Below, in pieces: positions 37,967 through 50,448 of a stretch of 64,000 nt of DNA. The stretch's first letter is position 1, and the number at the start of each line of letters is the position of its first letter. Position numbers and translations under genes: made by a program. The notes beneath the pieces are model-generated. The model ran no database searches. It saw nothing but the letters and a program-made list of their open reading frames with translations, and was not told the origin of the DNA. This DNA is from Lama guanicoe. Lineage: Eukaryota. The stretch lies in contig MU057069.1 in assembly GCA_013239625.1 (NCBI GenBank), forward strand, positions 1,732,018 to 1,796,017, in the 5' to 3' direction.

Positions 37967-38082
37967 GTCGCCAGGTGGGAGCACAAGACGCGCAAGCTGA
38001 GCAGGGCCTTCCGCTCGCCCCGCCTGGCCTGCTACACCCTGGGCGGCGCCATCCTGCTGCTGAACGTGCTGCGTTCCCACTG
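37967..38082 (+). CDS. PEMT: PEMT exon 3
   Basis: Acceptor gtgcag|GTC; 116 nt, [38 protein letters not shown](C); donor TG|GTGAGT. Confidence 0.97.
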
Positions 38083-41027
38083 GTGAGTCCCGGGTGGACC
38101 CAGACCCGGCCCTTTGTCCGCTCGTTGTAAGAAGCCCGCACCGGCGTGGGGCGGCCACGGTATCGGGTCCATCAAGACGCCTGACTGCACCGAGCCCCCA
38201 GTCCTGAGACTCCTGCCAGCAGAGGCTGCCCGGCGACCGCGGGGATGGCTCAGGGCCACGTCCTGGGGTCCGGGCACGGAGGGACGGTGCAGACAGGGCT
38301 GGGTGGGCCCCGGGCTCCTCCCAGAGGCTGGTCCTGTCTGCGGCCTGGCCCCGCCCCTCCCACGCTGCCTTGTGAGACAGGACCCCTGGCTGTGGGGGCT
38401 CCCTGTGTGAAGGCGCCACGTCCGTCACACGTGCAGAGTCAGCGCAGCATCACAGCCGCTAACTCCAGGTCTTTTCAGGGGCTGCGCAGGTGAACGTTTT
38501 TGCTTGCTTGTTTCTGTGGTGTGTGCTGCTTTCATTGCGTACCAGGAAGAGATAAGTGAGTCAGATGCCCGCTTCCTGGGGATTCTGCTCGGCTTACTTA
38601 CTGGTAGACGAGCGAGGTGCCCGAGCCCGAGCTCCCTGCACGGCTGTCTGTCGCGGATAGAAGCGGGCGCCGTGGGACCCCCTTGGCAGACAGCCTTGTC
38701 ACACTGGTGACCAAAAGCTCACTCCACGTTCTCAGAGTGGAGCTCGAGACAAGTGGCTGGGTCCCTTCGCCCCCACCCCCAGTGCAGAACGTTCCGTGGG
38801 AGCCCAGCGTCCTGGTCAGGTTCCCGGTGCAGGACTGTGCTCTCCTGGCTTCATGGAGCCGCTGGGGACTGCAGACCCAACAGTGGCCACGTGTTCCTGA
38901 AAGCCTGGTGTGGGTGTGGTGGGCACTGGCCCTGATGGGACCCCGAGGGGCCTCCTGCTGCCGGACGATGCCAGTGACCCCTGGCGGGGGGGCCGCACTG
39001 GTCCCCTCGCTCTGGGTCCCGGCTGCTCCTCCTCCTGGAACGCTCTTCCTGCCCACCTTTCCCCCGGCGAACGTCTCCCGTTGGATCTCGGCTCTGGCCC
39101 TGCCTAGTGTGCCTGTCCAGCTTTGTCACGTGGTGTCCCCCTCGGCTCACTCCAGTCCCTCCCACTGCACCCAGGCCCCGTGGGCAGAGCCTGGCGGGTT
39201 CATGGCTCCCAGTGTGTGTCAGCATGACACGGAGGTGGCCACTGAAGCCCGGGGCACCCAAGTCCGAAGCCCAGCACCGCTCTTCTGCTGGGGCTCTGCG
39301 TCTCTTACCAGGTCGCCCCAGGGGGCCCCCAGAAAGCTCGAGTCAGATGGGTCTGCCAGGCTGTGGGCAGCTTGGGGCTGGCCAGAGGGTGCCCACCATG
39401 CCTCACTGCCCTCGGTCTGAGGGTTGAGGGTCAGTCCAGAGGGAGGGGCAGGTGTCAGACTGGTGTTGCGGCAGTTAGAGCCCAGGGGCCGAACGGCGGT
39501 GCACCCCCAGCCCCAACACACACACACACACACTCGCACTGTCTCTGCTGTAGGGTCCTTGAGGCACTGGTGGCCAAGGAGCTCAGGGCCTGCAGGTGAG
39601 CCCCACCCCAGCAGAGCCCACGCCCGCTCCGTGCCCTCACTGTCTGCTCCGTGGCCTCAGCTGCTGGGTCTGTAGGCTCGAAGGTGTGCCTGGGTCTCAG
39701 GGCTGCTGGTTTACTAGAAAGGCCAGGTGAGGGCGTGGGGGTGGGGCACGGGTGTGGCAGTCGGGCACAGCACTGGGTGTGTGACCCTGAGCCCGGCCTG
39801 GAGGCTCAGCCTGGAGCAGCAGGTGACCCTGAGCCCAGGGAGCAGGGAGCGTGGGTGGAGAGCTGGGGGTGTGGGCAGTGTGAGTGGCGGCCAGGTGTGC
39901 TTGACACACGTGTGCCAGTTTGACGGGTCACCATGCGGGCTCTGCCCCTGGCGTCTGTTTGCTGATTGTTCTCCCTTCCTCCCTGCTCCCCCTTCTTCTC
40001 CCTGGGGGGCTGGGAGGGGTGCCGCTTTTCATCCAGTCGGTGAATATGTACTGGGACCCCTTCCGCCTGCCGTGTGCCAGGTGCCAGGGATACTCAGGGG
40101 AGGGGGAGGCAGCCTCTGTTCTCCAAGAGCTGAAGGTAGTTGGAGGAGGGAGGTCCAGGGAGGTGGGTTTTAGCTCAACACAAGGGTCCTTTTACGACAG
40201 TCTGAATTTACTGATGGAGCAGATGGACGGAGATGGTGAATTTGCTCTGCTTGGAAGAGCCTGGCAAACAGAAGGACCCTGTGATGGATGGACAGAGGGA
40301 AGGATGAATGGCCGGATGGCTAGAAGGACAGGTGGACGGATGGAGAGACGGGTCGGTGGGTGGGTGGACGGCGAGCCACCCTGCCGGGGGGTTCCTGGTA
40401 CAAAGAGAGTCAGATAGTTGTCTTGCGTGAGACAGATCCTACGTCTTTTCTGAGCGTTAGGACCCTGGAATGGGACGCGTCGTGATGCAGGTGTGCACTT
40501 GCTCCCACACACAGCCTTTCTTTGAGTCTGTTCCTGCCCCCTCGCCGTGCCGTCCGCCTCCCCTGGCGAGGCGGACCCTGACCCTTGCTCCTGGCTCCCC
40601 CCCGAGCACAGTGGCTGTGCCCTACAGCCACGCATGCACACGCCCAGCACCAGGTTTGCAGGGCCAGCCCGCGTCCTGCCTTCCGTGAGCCTGCTTCCCT
40701 CTGCCCCGTCAGTGACTGCAAACTGGTGGTCTTTGGGCCAACCCACCTGCTGTCCTGCCCAGAGTCTAAAATGGTTGTCATTAATTGTCTGTTTCTAGAA
40801 ACTGGGATGCTTTACACACAAGTCAGGGTTTCTGGCTCCTCTGGAAGAATCTAAACATCAAGCAGGCCCTGCTGCCCACTTCACCCATTTCCGGCACCTG
40901 CCTGGCCCCAGCAGGCACTGAGTTTGAGGGCCTTGGACTGACTACTCTGGGGGCCACTGGGGGACGGGGCAGGCAAGGCAGGGGGCCTCCCCACAGCAGT
41001 GACCTGTCTGCCCGCCCCGGCCCACAG

Positions 41028-41173
41028 CTTCATGCAGGCCATGCTGAGCCAGCCCAGGATGCAGAGCCTGGACAACCCCACAGCCTACCGTGCGGGCCTG
41101 GCACTCCTGGGAGTGGGCAGCGTGTTTGTACTTTCCAGCTTCCTGGCGCTGGGCTTCACCGGAACCTTCCTAG
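41028..41173 (+). CDS. PEMT: PEMT exon 4
   Basis: Acceptor ccacag|C; 146 nt, [48 protein letters not shown](G), including G98/G100 of the SAM-binding motif; donor G|GTGAGA. Confidence 0.97.
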
Positions 41174-42824
41174 GTGAGACCATGAGGACAGGGCCTGAGC
41201 CCTGCTGTCTCCCTGTCTGCCCCGCCCCCTCCCCCCCGCCGGACCCCCGTCCCCGGTCAACCAGCCTCATCCCGCTGGTTGGCTGTCCCAACAGGCAGGA
41301 TTTATGTTTGTTGTGTTCCAGCCACATGCTGGGGCTGGTGTGGGGCTGGGGCAGGTGACAGGTCGGGGGCACTGTCCCTTCTGCTCACCCCACTGCCTGC
41401 GGCTCCAGGGCTCTGGGGCTGGGAGCCCAGGGCTGACCTGGCCGGACGTGGAAGGAAAAGCCACAGGGACAGGAGGGTGGGGGCAGTGGGCAGAAGATGG
41501 GGAGCGGGGGCTCTGCTCACAGGCCGACGAGGCACCATCCCGAGAGGCCTGCACGCGGGCAAGGCCTGGGCAGCGGTGAGACCCTAGCAGGCGCCGCCTC
41601 GTGCCCATGCAGGAGCTGGAGGGACCCGGGTGCTGGAAGAGGGTGCACAGGCAGGAAGCTGGGTGGGGCATGGGGGCCCCTGGTCCGCAGGTGGGGGCGG
41701 ACAGGGTGGCTGGAGCATAGGGGCCAGTGGGGCCAGAGCGGAAGGTGAGCGGCGGACCTGTCACGTGTTCCCAAAGGCGACGCAGGGGCTGAGGCTTCGC
41801 TCTCGGGAGGTGGGAGTTGTGGGGTGGAAAGACCCTCTCCTAGTGAGGAGGATGGACGGGGGGGCCAGGGAGGAGGTGGGGATACAGTGTGGGGCTCGCA
41901 GAGAAGGCTGTGGGATGGGGAGGGGGCTGGCGGATGGAGGGGCAGGGCGTGGTTCACTGCAGGTCAGGAGGCTGCGGGTGGCCCCACTGGGAGTCGGTGG
42001 AGAGTGGGGAGGGTGGGGCACAAGGTCTGGAGGAGGGAGTGGGAAGGGGCCTCGAGCACCAGTCGCCACGGCCCCCCCAGGAGAAATGGCCTGGAAACTC
42101 GAGGGGCCTACGGGCTCAGGATGCAGGGCACAGCGGCCACCCCCTCCCGTGAGTCACTCCAGAGCAGGTTTCTGTGCCGCTGCCTTGCAGCCCGCTGGGA
42201 AGAAAGGCTCTCCTAGCCCCCGTGGCTCCCCAGCCCCCATCCCCCTTGTCCCCAGACAGTGATAATGCAGCTGCCCCTCTCCCGCCCTCCACGAAGCTCA
42301 GGGCTGTCTGGGGAGGGGCCGTAGCGAGCAGCACCATGCCCTTGGGGGCAAGTGCCGTGGATAGGCCTGTCCCCGTGTCCCTGTGCCTCGAGGAGGGGGG
42401 ACTGGCCATATGGGAGTCACACTCTCCTGGCTGCGGTGGGAAGGCTGACCTCCAGGTTGACCACCAGGGGTTGGGGTGGCAGTGCCATGGGTAGGAGCTC
42501 ACCCGGACCACAGTTTTGGGTGAGGAGGGTGCAGCTGGGGGCAGAAATAGCGAGCAGCAGGCTGGGCTGCTCTGGACAGTGGGCGGGTGGGGTCCAGCAG
42601 TAGGCCCCGTGAACTGAGGGAGGTGGTCGAGGAGGAACGGGTGTCCCGAGAGCAGGGACAGGCAGCTAAGCAGAGGGAGCAGCACGTGCAGAGGCACTGA
42701 GGCCCAGAGTGGACCGGGCTGGGGGCTCAGTGCCTCAGCCCCGGGGGCCCCCACGCCCCCGGGGGCCTCCCTCAGGCTGTGTGACCCGAGCGTGGCCCTC
42801 TGTCCTGCCCTGACTTGTCCACAG

Positions 42825-42936
42825 GTGACTACTTCGGGATCTTCAAGGAGGCAAGAGTGACCTCATTTCCGTTCAACATCCTGGACAACCCCATGTACTG
42901 GGGCAGCACAGCCAACTACCTGGGCTGGGCCATCAT
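42825..42936 (+). CDS. PEMT: PEMT exon 5
   Basis: Acceptor ccacag|GT; 112 nt, [36 protein letters not shown](M); donor AT|GTGAGC. Too short for the ORF track, read by hand. Confidence 0.97.
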
Positions 42937-43043
42937 GTGAGCCCCCGGCCCCCACCCGCCCTGTGCGCCGCCCGACGACGGGTCAGCCCAGGGCTCCCCT
43001 CCTTGGGAGTTTGTTCTCTCTGGAGACAACATCCGTTCTAGAA

Positions 43044-43286
43044 CAGGGGTTGGCAGACTCTCCTAAAGGGGAGGAGGTTCCCAGGCCGCGGCAGGCCTCT
43101 GCCCGTGGAAGCAGCCACAAGACAGTAGGTGAACCAGTGGGCGTGGCCGGGCCTCGTTTGTGGACACCAGTGTGTGAATTTCACATAATTTTCTCGAGTC
43201 ACGAAATATTCTTTTGATTTTTAAAAAACCATTAAAAAATGTAAAAACTGTTTTTGGCCTGGGGACCATAGGCCGCCAACCCCATG
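43044..43286 (+). mobile_element. MER58-type hAT DNA transposon remnant
   Basis: Terminal inverted repeats caggggttggc / gccaacccc; internal gaatttcacataatttt..tcacgaaatattcttttgatttt. Confidence 0.7.
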
Positions 43287-45632
43287 TCAGAACAGCAGGG
43301 CTAGGGGTCCTGGTGGCCACGTCCAGGCTGCAGTGGTCCCTGCCCCACAGAGCTGTCTGCATCGCCTGCTGCGGGCACCAGCAGTGACCCTCAGGGCAAG
43401 GAGGCTGGCACTGGGGTGCTGTGGGCCCTGGGCTTAAACCAAGTGTCCTTCAGAATGGTTCCTGTTTGTCCATTTTCTGGATTAGGACTTCTTTCGTAGA
43501 AGGTTTTTGTACACAGCGTTCTGCCTTGAAGGTTACAGGCGCTCAGAGACCAGAGAGGCTGTAAGATCCAAAGGAGCCAATTTCAGCCCCACCTTTGGGG
43601 GCTGCCAGGACCCAGCACTGGGCTTCGGGGGACCAGGAGCTAGAGGGCACTGTGGTCTGGCTGGGAATTGCAGCCTGTCCCCTCTCCCTGGACCCGGGCA
43701 GTGGGATCTGGGGGGACAGGCTCCACACCCCAACCTGCTCCCCAAAGCATCTCCCACCTGAGACTGGGTGGGTGAACCCCACACAGGTCCTCCCTGCAGC
43801 CTCCCCTGCCAGCACACCCACTGTTCCCTCCCACTTCCATCCCCAGTCCTTCCAAACCCAATTTGAGGTGTCCCCTCCTCCAGGAAGCCCTCCCTGACCA
43901 CACCTTCCCCTCCCATACACAGGTGCCTCCTCTGCCCACACGTGGGTCCTTTCTGCCCCAGCAGTGCCTCTCACCAGGAGTGAGAGGTCACCCCCTCCTC
44001 AAGGCTGTCAGGCCAGGGCTTAGGAACACACAAGGGACCCTAGGGAAGCCAGGCTCCCACGGGTCCCCTCAGGAGGACATAAGCCATGCAGTCATTGATG
44101 AGGAGGGGGCCTCAGCTGTGCTGGGGTGGGAACCCTTTGTCTGAGAGCTTATTAGAGACAAACCATTACCCGGGTGGCCAGACGCTGACCCAGCAAGGCT
44201 GGCTGCTCCCAGGCCCTCTGCAGCCCATCCGTCCCCCCATCTCCCGCCTGGGGCCCCACGGATGGGCGCCTGGTGTCCACGCAACCGTGCTGTGGGGGCC
44301 AGGAAGGCCCAGGGCAGCAGGATCCCTCAGGGCACCAGGCCCAGGGGCCCAGGTGAGATGCCCCCTCCCCAGCAGGCACAGCGGGGTCCCTGGGACCCGC
44401 CCCATCCCGGGCTTGGGGCCGGGCCTGGGCTCAAGATGTGGATGAGCCTGTCCTCACAGGGTGGTTAGACTGACAGCATTTTCAAAGTGGGAAAGTTTCA
44501 CACACACCCCTTGGGAAAGGGTGCCTGGCTCACATCCCAGGGCCCGTGCCGGGGGTCGGCCGCAGTCAGCTGCTGGAGCCACCTCCACCCCTGGCCTCTG
44601 TGGCTCATAGATAATGTGGTTTCTCAGGGGTTGTCAGCTTAGAGATACTATGGCCACAGGCCCCTACCCATGAGGCCCACCCAGGGGGTCCAGCATGCCT
44701 GCTGCCCCCCACTTCAGTTCCCGGGGTGCCTGGCTGTGGGTGAGGAGGCTCTGCTCACCCCAGGAAACAGCACTGGGGCAGTGAGCCGGGCTTCGGGAAG
44801 GCAGATCTCATTTCAGCCCTGAGGCGCCTGTGGCCTTGGCATGTCCGGGCGGCAGTGCTGAGGGCCAGGGGCCTGCTCCGCCTTCAAGGCTGATTCGAAC
44901 GGAGCCCACGGAATGGGGGCCAAGGGCCTCAGAGAGGACACTTTGCCTCCATTGTCCCCAGAGCCCCCGACAGAGAGACAGAGTGAGGTCCTGGGGGAAG
45001 GGGAGTGGGCAGGGCAGAGGGTCCCTGCCCACAGAGGGCGCTCATATGTCTTCAAGCCCCTCTGCGTTGGGGCCCGTGAAGGAGGCCATGCTGGGGGCGC
45101 AGAGCCCACTGGGGCCATGTTCCCTGTCGGCCCCCAGGCTCCGTGGTGGCCCCTCCAGCCAGCTCCCCACCTCCTCCCCGCCTCTCTGGACACAGGGACC
45201 CGGCTGCTGCCGCAGTGGCCAGAAGGGCCCATGAAGGAACCCACTGGACACTCTGCCAGGCTTTGGGGGCCCCAGACCCACTTCCAGAAACAGCCTGAGA
45301 ACGTCGCCCCTAGAGGGCAGAGAGCACTTTTATGCCCCTGGGAAGGCCTCCTATGCAGAAGAGCACACCTGGCCCCTCGGCCGATCCGAAGAGGCCAGTC
45401 ATTCCTCCACCCTACCCTGCGTCACTCCCACTCTGTCCCGAGCTCCCAGCAGGGGGCTGGGGGCTGGAGAAAAGGGAGCGTGGCCCCACCCTGAGGACCG
45501 GGCCGGACAGGCCGTCAGCGAGCTGGTCCTCGGGGGCCTGGGTCCGAGGGAAGGCCGGATGCGGAGGGGCCGCCCAGCCTGTGGCGGGTGAGTCTGCAGC
45601 AGGCCTGCCCCTGACTGAGCATTTCTCCACAG

Positions 45633-45707
45633 GCACGCCAGCCCCACCGGCCTGCTGCTGACCGCGGTGGTGGCCCTCATCTACACGGTCGCCATCCTGT
45701 ACGAGGA
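45633..45707 (+). CDS. PEMT: PEMT exon 6
   Basis: Acceptor ccacag|G; 75 nt, [24 protein letters not shown](E), with V175 and E180/E181; donor GA|GTGAGT. Confidence 0.96.
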
Positions 45708-45993
45708 GTGAGTAGGCCGGGGCCAGGGCTGCTGTCTGCTGTGTGACCCCCGGCTGGCCCTGCCTCTCCCCTCAGGGCCTTTCCTGGGCCCCAGGCAGCT
45801 GGGCCGTGCGCAGGGTGGCACTTGGGAAGCTTAGGGCAGACGCAGGACAGCCTGTGGGCGGGCAGGCAGTGTTGGACCTCCTGGTCCCACACGGACCCGC
45901 TCACTCCGTCCACCCCGGATCGGGGAAGGGAGGCCTGGGTGGCAGTGTCAGCCTCGAGCGCAGCTGACCAGGGCCTCTCTCCTGCGCCCACAG

Positions 45994-46051
45994 GCCCTTC
46001 ACCGCTGAGGTCTACCGGCAGAGAGCCTCCCAGGCCTGCAGGAGAAGCTGA
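45994..46051 (+). CDS. PEMT: PEMT exon 7 (last coding exon, stop TGA 46049-46051)
   Basis: Acceptor ccacag|G; PFTAEVYRQRASQACRRS*. Exons from ATG 21735 sum to 600 nt, i.e. 199 aa plus stop, the canonical short PEMT length. Confidence 0.96.
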
Positions 46052-46221
46052 CTGGGCCGTGGCCCCTCCAGTGAGGGTCTGCCGCCTCCGGCCTGCCCTG
46101 CGCCACGCCCAGGGAAGGGAGGACGGTGCCCGGTGCAGCTGCTCCAGGGCCTTGGAAACGCGGCCTTGGGGGCCCTGGACAGAGCCCCCTGCCCCTGCCG
46201 CCCACCACCTCCTAACTTACC

Positions 46222-46227
46222 AATAAA
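46222..46227 (+). terminator. PEMT: PEMT polyadenylation signal AATAAA
   Basis: AATAAA about 170 nt after the stop, followed by GU-rich gtcagtctgtctgtcc. Confidence 0.85.
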
Positions 46228-49039
46228 GGCGCCTGACCCCAGCCCCCGTCAGTCTGTCTGTCCAGGTTGGGAGGAGCAGGCTGGGGCTCCGAGAGGGGGC
46301 TCCTGAGCCAGGAGGGGGCACTGCCATCCACACCTGGGGAAACCTGCCCAGGCCTTAGCCACCTGTGCCACCTGCCTCACTCCACTTTTGCCCTTCAGTG
46401 AGCCGGCCCAGCCTCAGGGTGGAGGTGTCACCATGGTGCCCAGCCCTGTGAGCTGCTGTCCAGGGAAAATGACTAAAGAATGAAAAATACTATGCAGAAA
46501 ATATAAGTGACAAGAAATTGTGGACGGGTCCTGTGTAGGCCGCCAGGGAGGCACACTAGACTTCAGCCGTGGTGGTCAGGGGAGGCCTCCCTGAGGAGGT
46601 GACAGCTGAACTGAGACCCACATGTCCGGAGGGAGCAAACTGGAGGAAGAGCCTTCGGGCACAAGAAAGGTGACTACAGAGGCCCTGAGGTGGGGTGAGC
46701 TCAATGTAGGAGCCCCATGCCACTGGATCCAGCCCAAGGGAGCTCGCCTGGGAGACAGGTCGCCCTTGGTGAGTGGTCTGAGGGTTTTCATGCCCCAGAA
46801 GCCGGCACGTGGCAGACCCCGGAGGCACTGCGGGAGAAGGGGCCAACTTGCCTCCAATGCTTGAGCCTGGGTAGGGGTGGGCCCTCTGCACTGGCTGCCT
46901 CCTGACTCCCGTGCAGGCTGGTCACCCCTTTTGGGAGCAGAGGACCTGGGGCGCAGAGAGCCTCGGTGACCTGTCCAGGGGGCACGTGAGTGAGTGACAG
47001 CTCTGTTCCAAGCCCACGCCTCCCTCTTTCCCTCTGAGGTGAGAGGATTCAGAGGAAAGAGACTGGGCTGGCGCCAGGCGCCCCCCCAACCCCAGCCCGG
47101 CTGACAATGCGTCTCTGGTTACTGACATTTCTCTCCTGATCCCTCCTGGACCACTAGAGGCCTGCTGTGCCTGACCACATGGCCGTGGGGGCCGGGCCGG
47201 CCCCTTCTCCTGGCCCCAGCCTCACCTCGCAGCCCCCAGCCCTCTAAGGACACAGGATGGGTGGGCCTTTCCTCCCTTCGGGATGGGAGACAGGTGGGCC
47301 CAGAGCCTCAGCGCCCTCCCCTGTGACGTGGCCGCCAGCGGCGCACTGGTGCTGGAGCAGCGCTGGCCGGGCCACCTCCTCACCACGGAGCTCCTCAAGC
47401 CTGCCCCTTTGGTTTCTGGAGTCCAGAGTGGGCTCCAGGGGCCATGGGAGGCATGGAGGCTGATCTGATGCAATGCCTCGTGCTCACTTACCTCCAGAAA
47501 CAGGACGCTCACCCCTCTGCAGGCACGTCTGCACACAGCCGTTGAGGACGCGCTGGCTCCCACGGTGTGAGCCAAGCCATTGTCAGGGTAGGACCGAGCA
47601 CCTCCAGGCATTCTGACCCATGGGTCACGCGTGGGAGGCGGGGCCTGGGGTGGGGCCAGAGCCCGGGCCCAGCTGGCTCTGCCCGAGGGGCTCCTGTGAC
47701 CCAGCAGCTCACTGCTGAGGAGGAAACTGCCGGATACCTATGACGTCGGCATGATGAAGGAGCCGGTCAGAGGGAAGCCGGCTCCGCTCAGCCCTGCGCT
47801 CTTCAGCCAGCGGCTGCGGGCCAGGGTGACCAGGACTCCCTGTGCAAGGAGCGGCTGGGGTGAGCGCGGGCCGGCACGTAGCGCTTATTGGAAGTGTCCA
47901 CATTCCCCTTGACTGGGCCTGCCCACACTCCTCAAATGGCTTTCGAGAAACTTCTGAACCACTCTTTGCCAACAGACCAGCCTGTGGTGGATGGACATTT
48001 CCTGCCTCGGGGGTCACTGTCCAACCCCCAACTCACCCTCAACATTTGGTCAAATGTTTTAAGAACTTTCCATTCCACTCTGAGTTGGAAAATCACACTG
48101 CAGGTAAACGGTCCTCATAGGCAGGTGCGGCCTCATTAGCGCCATTTGTGGCCTTACATCCAAACAACAGGAAATCACGGCCAACACCATGAACGTGGAC
48201 AACCAAAAACCAGTGCAGTTTGTGGGGGACACAGGCAAGAGTGCCAGGGAGGGTGCACATGTCCCCCCCCCAGCGGGGGGCCGTGGGCGGTCCTGACCTT
48301 CCTCCACCCAGACCTGAGGCCTCAAGGATCACTTGCTGTTCTTACTACCAGGTCCCGCCCCCTAAACTGCAAGTTCTCAGCCACAGTCACCACAGACCGC
48401 TCTCTCTGAAGCCCAGAGGAGGCTAGGGACGGCTGTGCTTCAAGACCAGCTCCCCCAGCTATAAAATGGGACTCCAAAGGCACAAAATGCAGCAGGGGAG
48501 GGAGGGGACATTCGCCTAGGCCTGACTGAGGAAGGGCAAGCCTCTGGTCCCTCCAGTCTAGGTGGGCAGCCTCTGGCTGCAAATCCCCTGCCAGGCTCCA
48601 GTGCAGCTCTGGTTGGGAGAAAGCAGCTAAGACCTGCAGTAGACGCAGGGTTAGGACACTCCAGCTACGGAGCTACAGCCCGGAGCCAGGCACCCACAGC
48701 CTCCCTACTCCACCGGCGGGGCCTCTGCTGCGCTCTGGTGGCAGGCGTGGGTGGCACCCACCTTGCGCTGGCACAGCTGCGGGGAGCAAAACCAGTAGGC
48801 TATGCGAAGGGGCCGGTTCCCAGGGTGGGTGAGGTGTGAAGAGCCCCCAGCGCAGTGCCTGGCACCTGGCAAGCACTTGCTGCCATTCTGTGGCCAGCAC
48901 GAGCCCAGTGTATTCTCTGGGGAAACTGCAGCCCAGAGAGTGTGCGCGCACGTGTGCGTTGCAGGGATAGTGGGGGCTCCTTGCCCGAAGTCAGAGGCAC
49001 AGGTGGGACTGCGACCCTGACCCCCTTGCTGCCGCTGAG

Positions 49040-49260
49040 CTCCGCGCAGGGGAGGGCAGCCTCGGGGCGCCCGTAGCCGCGGCCAGACCCAGGGCTGTTT
49101 CCTTCCCGAGCTCAGCGAGCGGGAGAGGGCAGCGGCCCGCGGAGGTGGAGGGAGGGCGCGGTGGGACCCGCGGGCGTGACGCACGGAGGCTGGGCGGGCG
49201 CAGGGCGGGGCGACCACGCGGGCTGCATATAGGGGCCGCCACGGGGTGCAGAGAGCCAGA
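49040..49260 (+). promoter_or_regulatory. RASD1: RASD1 proximal promoter (CpG island, CRE-like TGACGCA 49177-49183, GC boxes, TATA-like CATATAG 49226-49232)
   Basis: Motifs are seen directly about 180-230 nt upstream of the ATG in CpG-rich DNA. Confidence 0.7.
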
Positions 49261-49409
49261 GCTTTTGGTCCCGGAGCAGAGCGCAGCTGCAGCCCGAGTC
49301 CGAACCCCTGCCCAGCCCAGCCCGGCCGCCCGGTCGCTCTGCCCCGCGCCTTCAACCACCGTCTGTGCGTCTTGCGGCCCCGCGCTCGCCCTCGCGGCCC
49401 TTGTGCTCA

Positions 49410-49695
49410 ATGAAACTGGCTGCGATGATCAAGAAGATGTGCCCCAGTGACTCGGAGCCGAGTATTCCGGCCAAGAACTGTTACCGCATGGTGGTCCTCG
49501 GCTCGTCCAAGGTGGGCAAGACGGCCATCGTGTCCCGCTTCCTCACGGGCCGCTTCGAGGACACCTACACGCCCACCATCGAGGACTTCCACCGAAAGTT
49601 CTACTCCATCCGCGGAGAGATCTACCAGCTCGACATCCTCGACACGTCCGGCAACCACCCGTTCCCCGCCATGCGGCGCCTCTCCATCCTCACTG
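49410..49695 (+). CDS. RASD1: RASD1 (Dexras1/AGS1) exon 1
   Basis: MKLAAMIKKMCPSDSEPSIPAKNCYRMVVLGSSKVGKT...DTSGNHPFPAMRRLSILT; G1 P-loop and G3 motifs; donor G|GTGAGC. Confidence 0.98.
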
Positions 49696-49906
49696 GTGAG
49701 CCCCGGCGCCGGGCAGCGGGCGGGGGAGGTGGTGCGCCGCGGGAGACGGGGGACCCTGGTCCCAGGGCGCCCCGGCTGGAGGCGCGGTTCTTAGGGCGCG
49801 ATGTGCGCTGGAGAGGTAAGCGCGCCCCGCGCGGCGGCCCGAGTCAGCCCGCTTAGGCTGCCCCTGGCCACCGCCTTCACCCTTTCCTTTTCTGCTGTCC
49901 CCGTAG

Positions 49907-50448
49907 GAGACGTGTTCATCCTGGTGTTCAGCCTGGACAACCGCGACTCCTTCGAGGAGGTGCAGAAGCTCAAACAGCAGATTCTCGACACCAAGTCTTG
50001 CCTCAAGAACAAAACCAAGGAAAACGCGGACGTGCCCCTCGTCATCTGCGGCAACAAAGGTGACCGGGACTTCTACCGCGAGGTGGAGCAGCGCGAGATC
50101 GAGCAGCTGGTGGGCGCCGACTCCCAGCCCTGCGCCTACTTCGAGATCTCGGCCAAGAGAAACAGAAGCCTGGACCAGATGTTCCGCGCGCTCTTCGCCA
50201 TGGCCAAGCTGCCCTGCGAGATGAGCCCGGACCTGCACCGCAGGGTGTCAGTGCAACACTGCGACGCGCTGTACAAGAAGGCGCTGCGGGGCAAGAGGCT
50301 GCGGCGCGCAGGCGGAGACCCGGACGACGCCTTCGGCATCGTGGCGCCCTGGGCGCGCCGTCCCAGCGTGCACAGCGACCTCATGTATATCCGCGAGAAG
50401 GCCAGCGGCGGCCAGGCCAAGGCCAAGGAGCGCTGCGTCATCAGCTAG
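49907..50448 (+). CDS. RASD1: RASD1 exon 2
   Basis: Acceptor ccgtag|GA; GDVFILVFSLDNRDSF...NKGD (G4)...EISAK (G5)...RRPS...CVIS CAAX; TAG stop; spliced total 828 nt, 275 aa. Confidence 0.98.

Noticed and set aside
36881-38428. 515-aa minus-strand ORF with His/Thr-rich repeats, plus overlapping 224- and 244-aa ORFs
   Set aside because: Produced by the stop-free minisatellite and the N gap; it is antisense to PEMT exon 3 and has no recognisable domain.
47750-47830. ATGATGA C-box-like motif with a GGAGCCGG/CCGGCTCC hairpin
   Set aside because: No D box (CTGA) at a suitable distance and the site is intergenic; not supportable as a snoRNA.
49696-49856. RASD1 exon 1 frame stays open into the intron
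   Set aside because: Expected in a GC-rich intron; canonical splice sites give the full GTPase and nothing supports a retained-intron product.
49690-50238. 182-aa antisense ORF over RASD1; likewise 53513-54022 and 61391-62035 over MED9
   Set aside because: Shadow ORFs caused by GC3-rich codon usage on the real coding strand.
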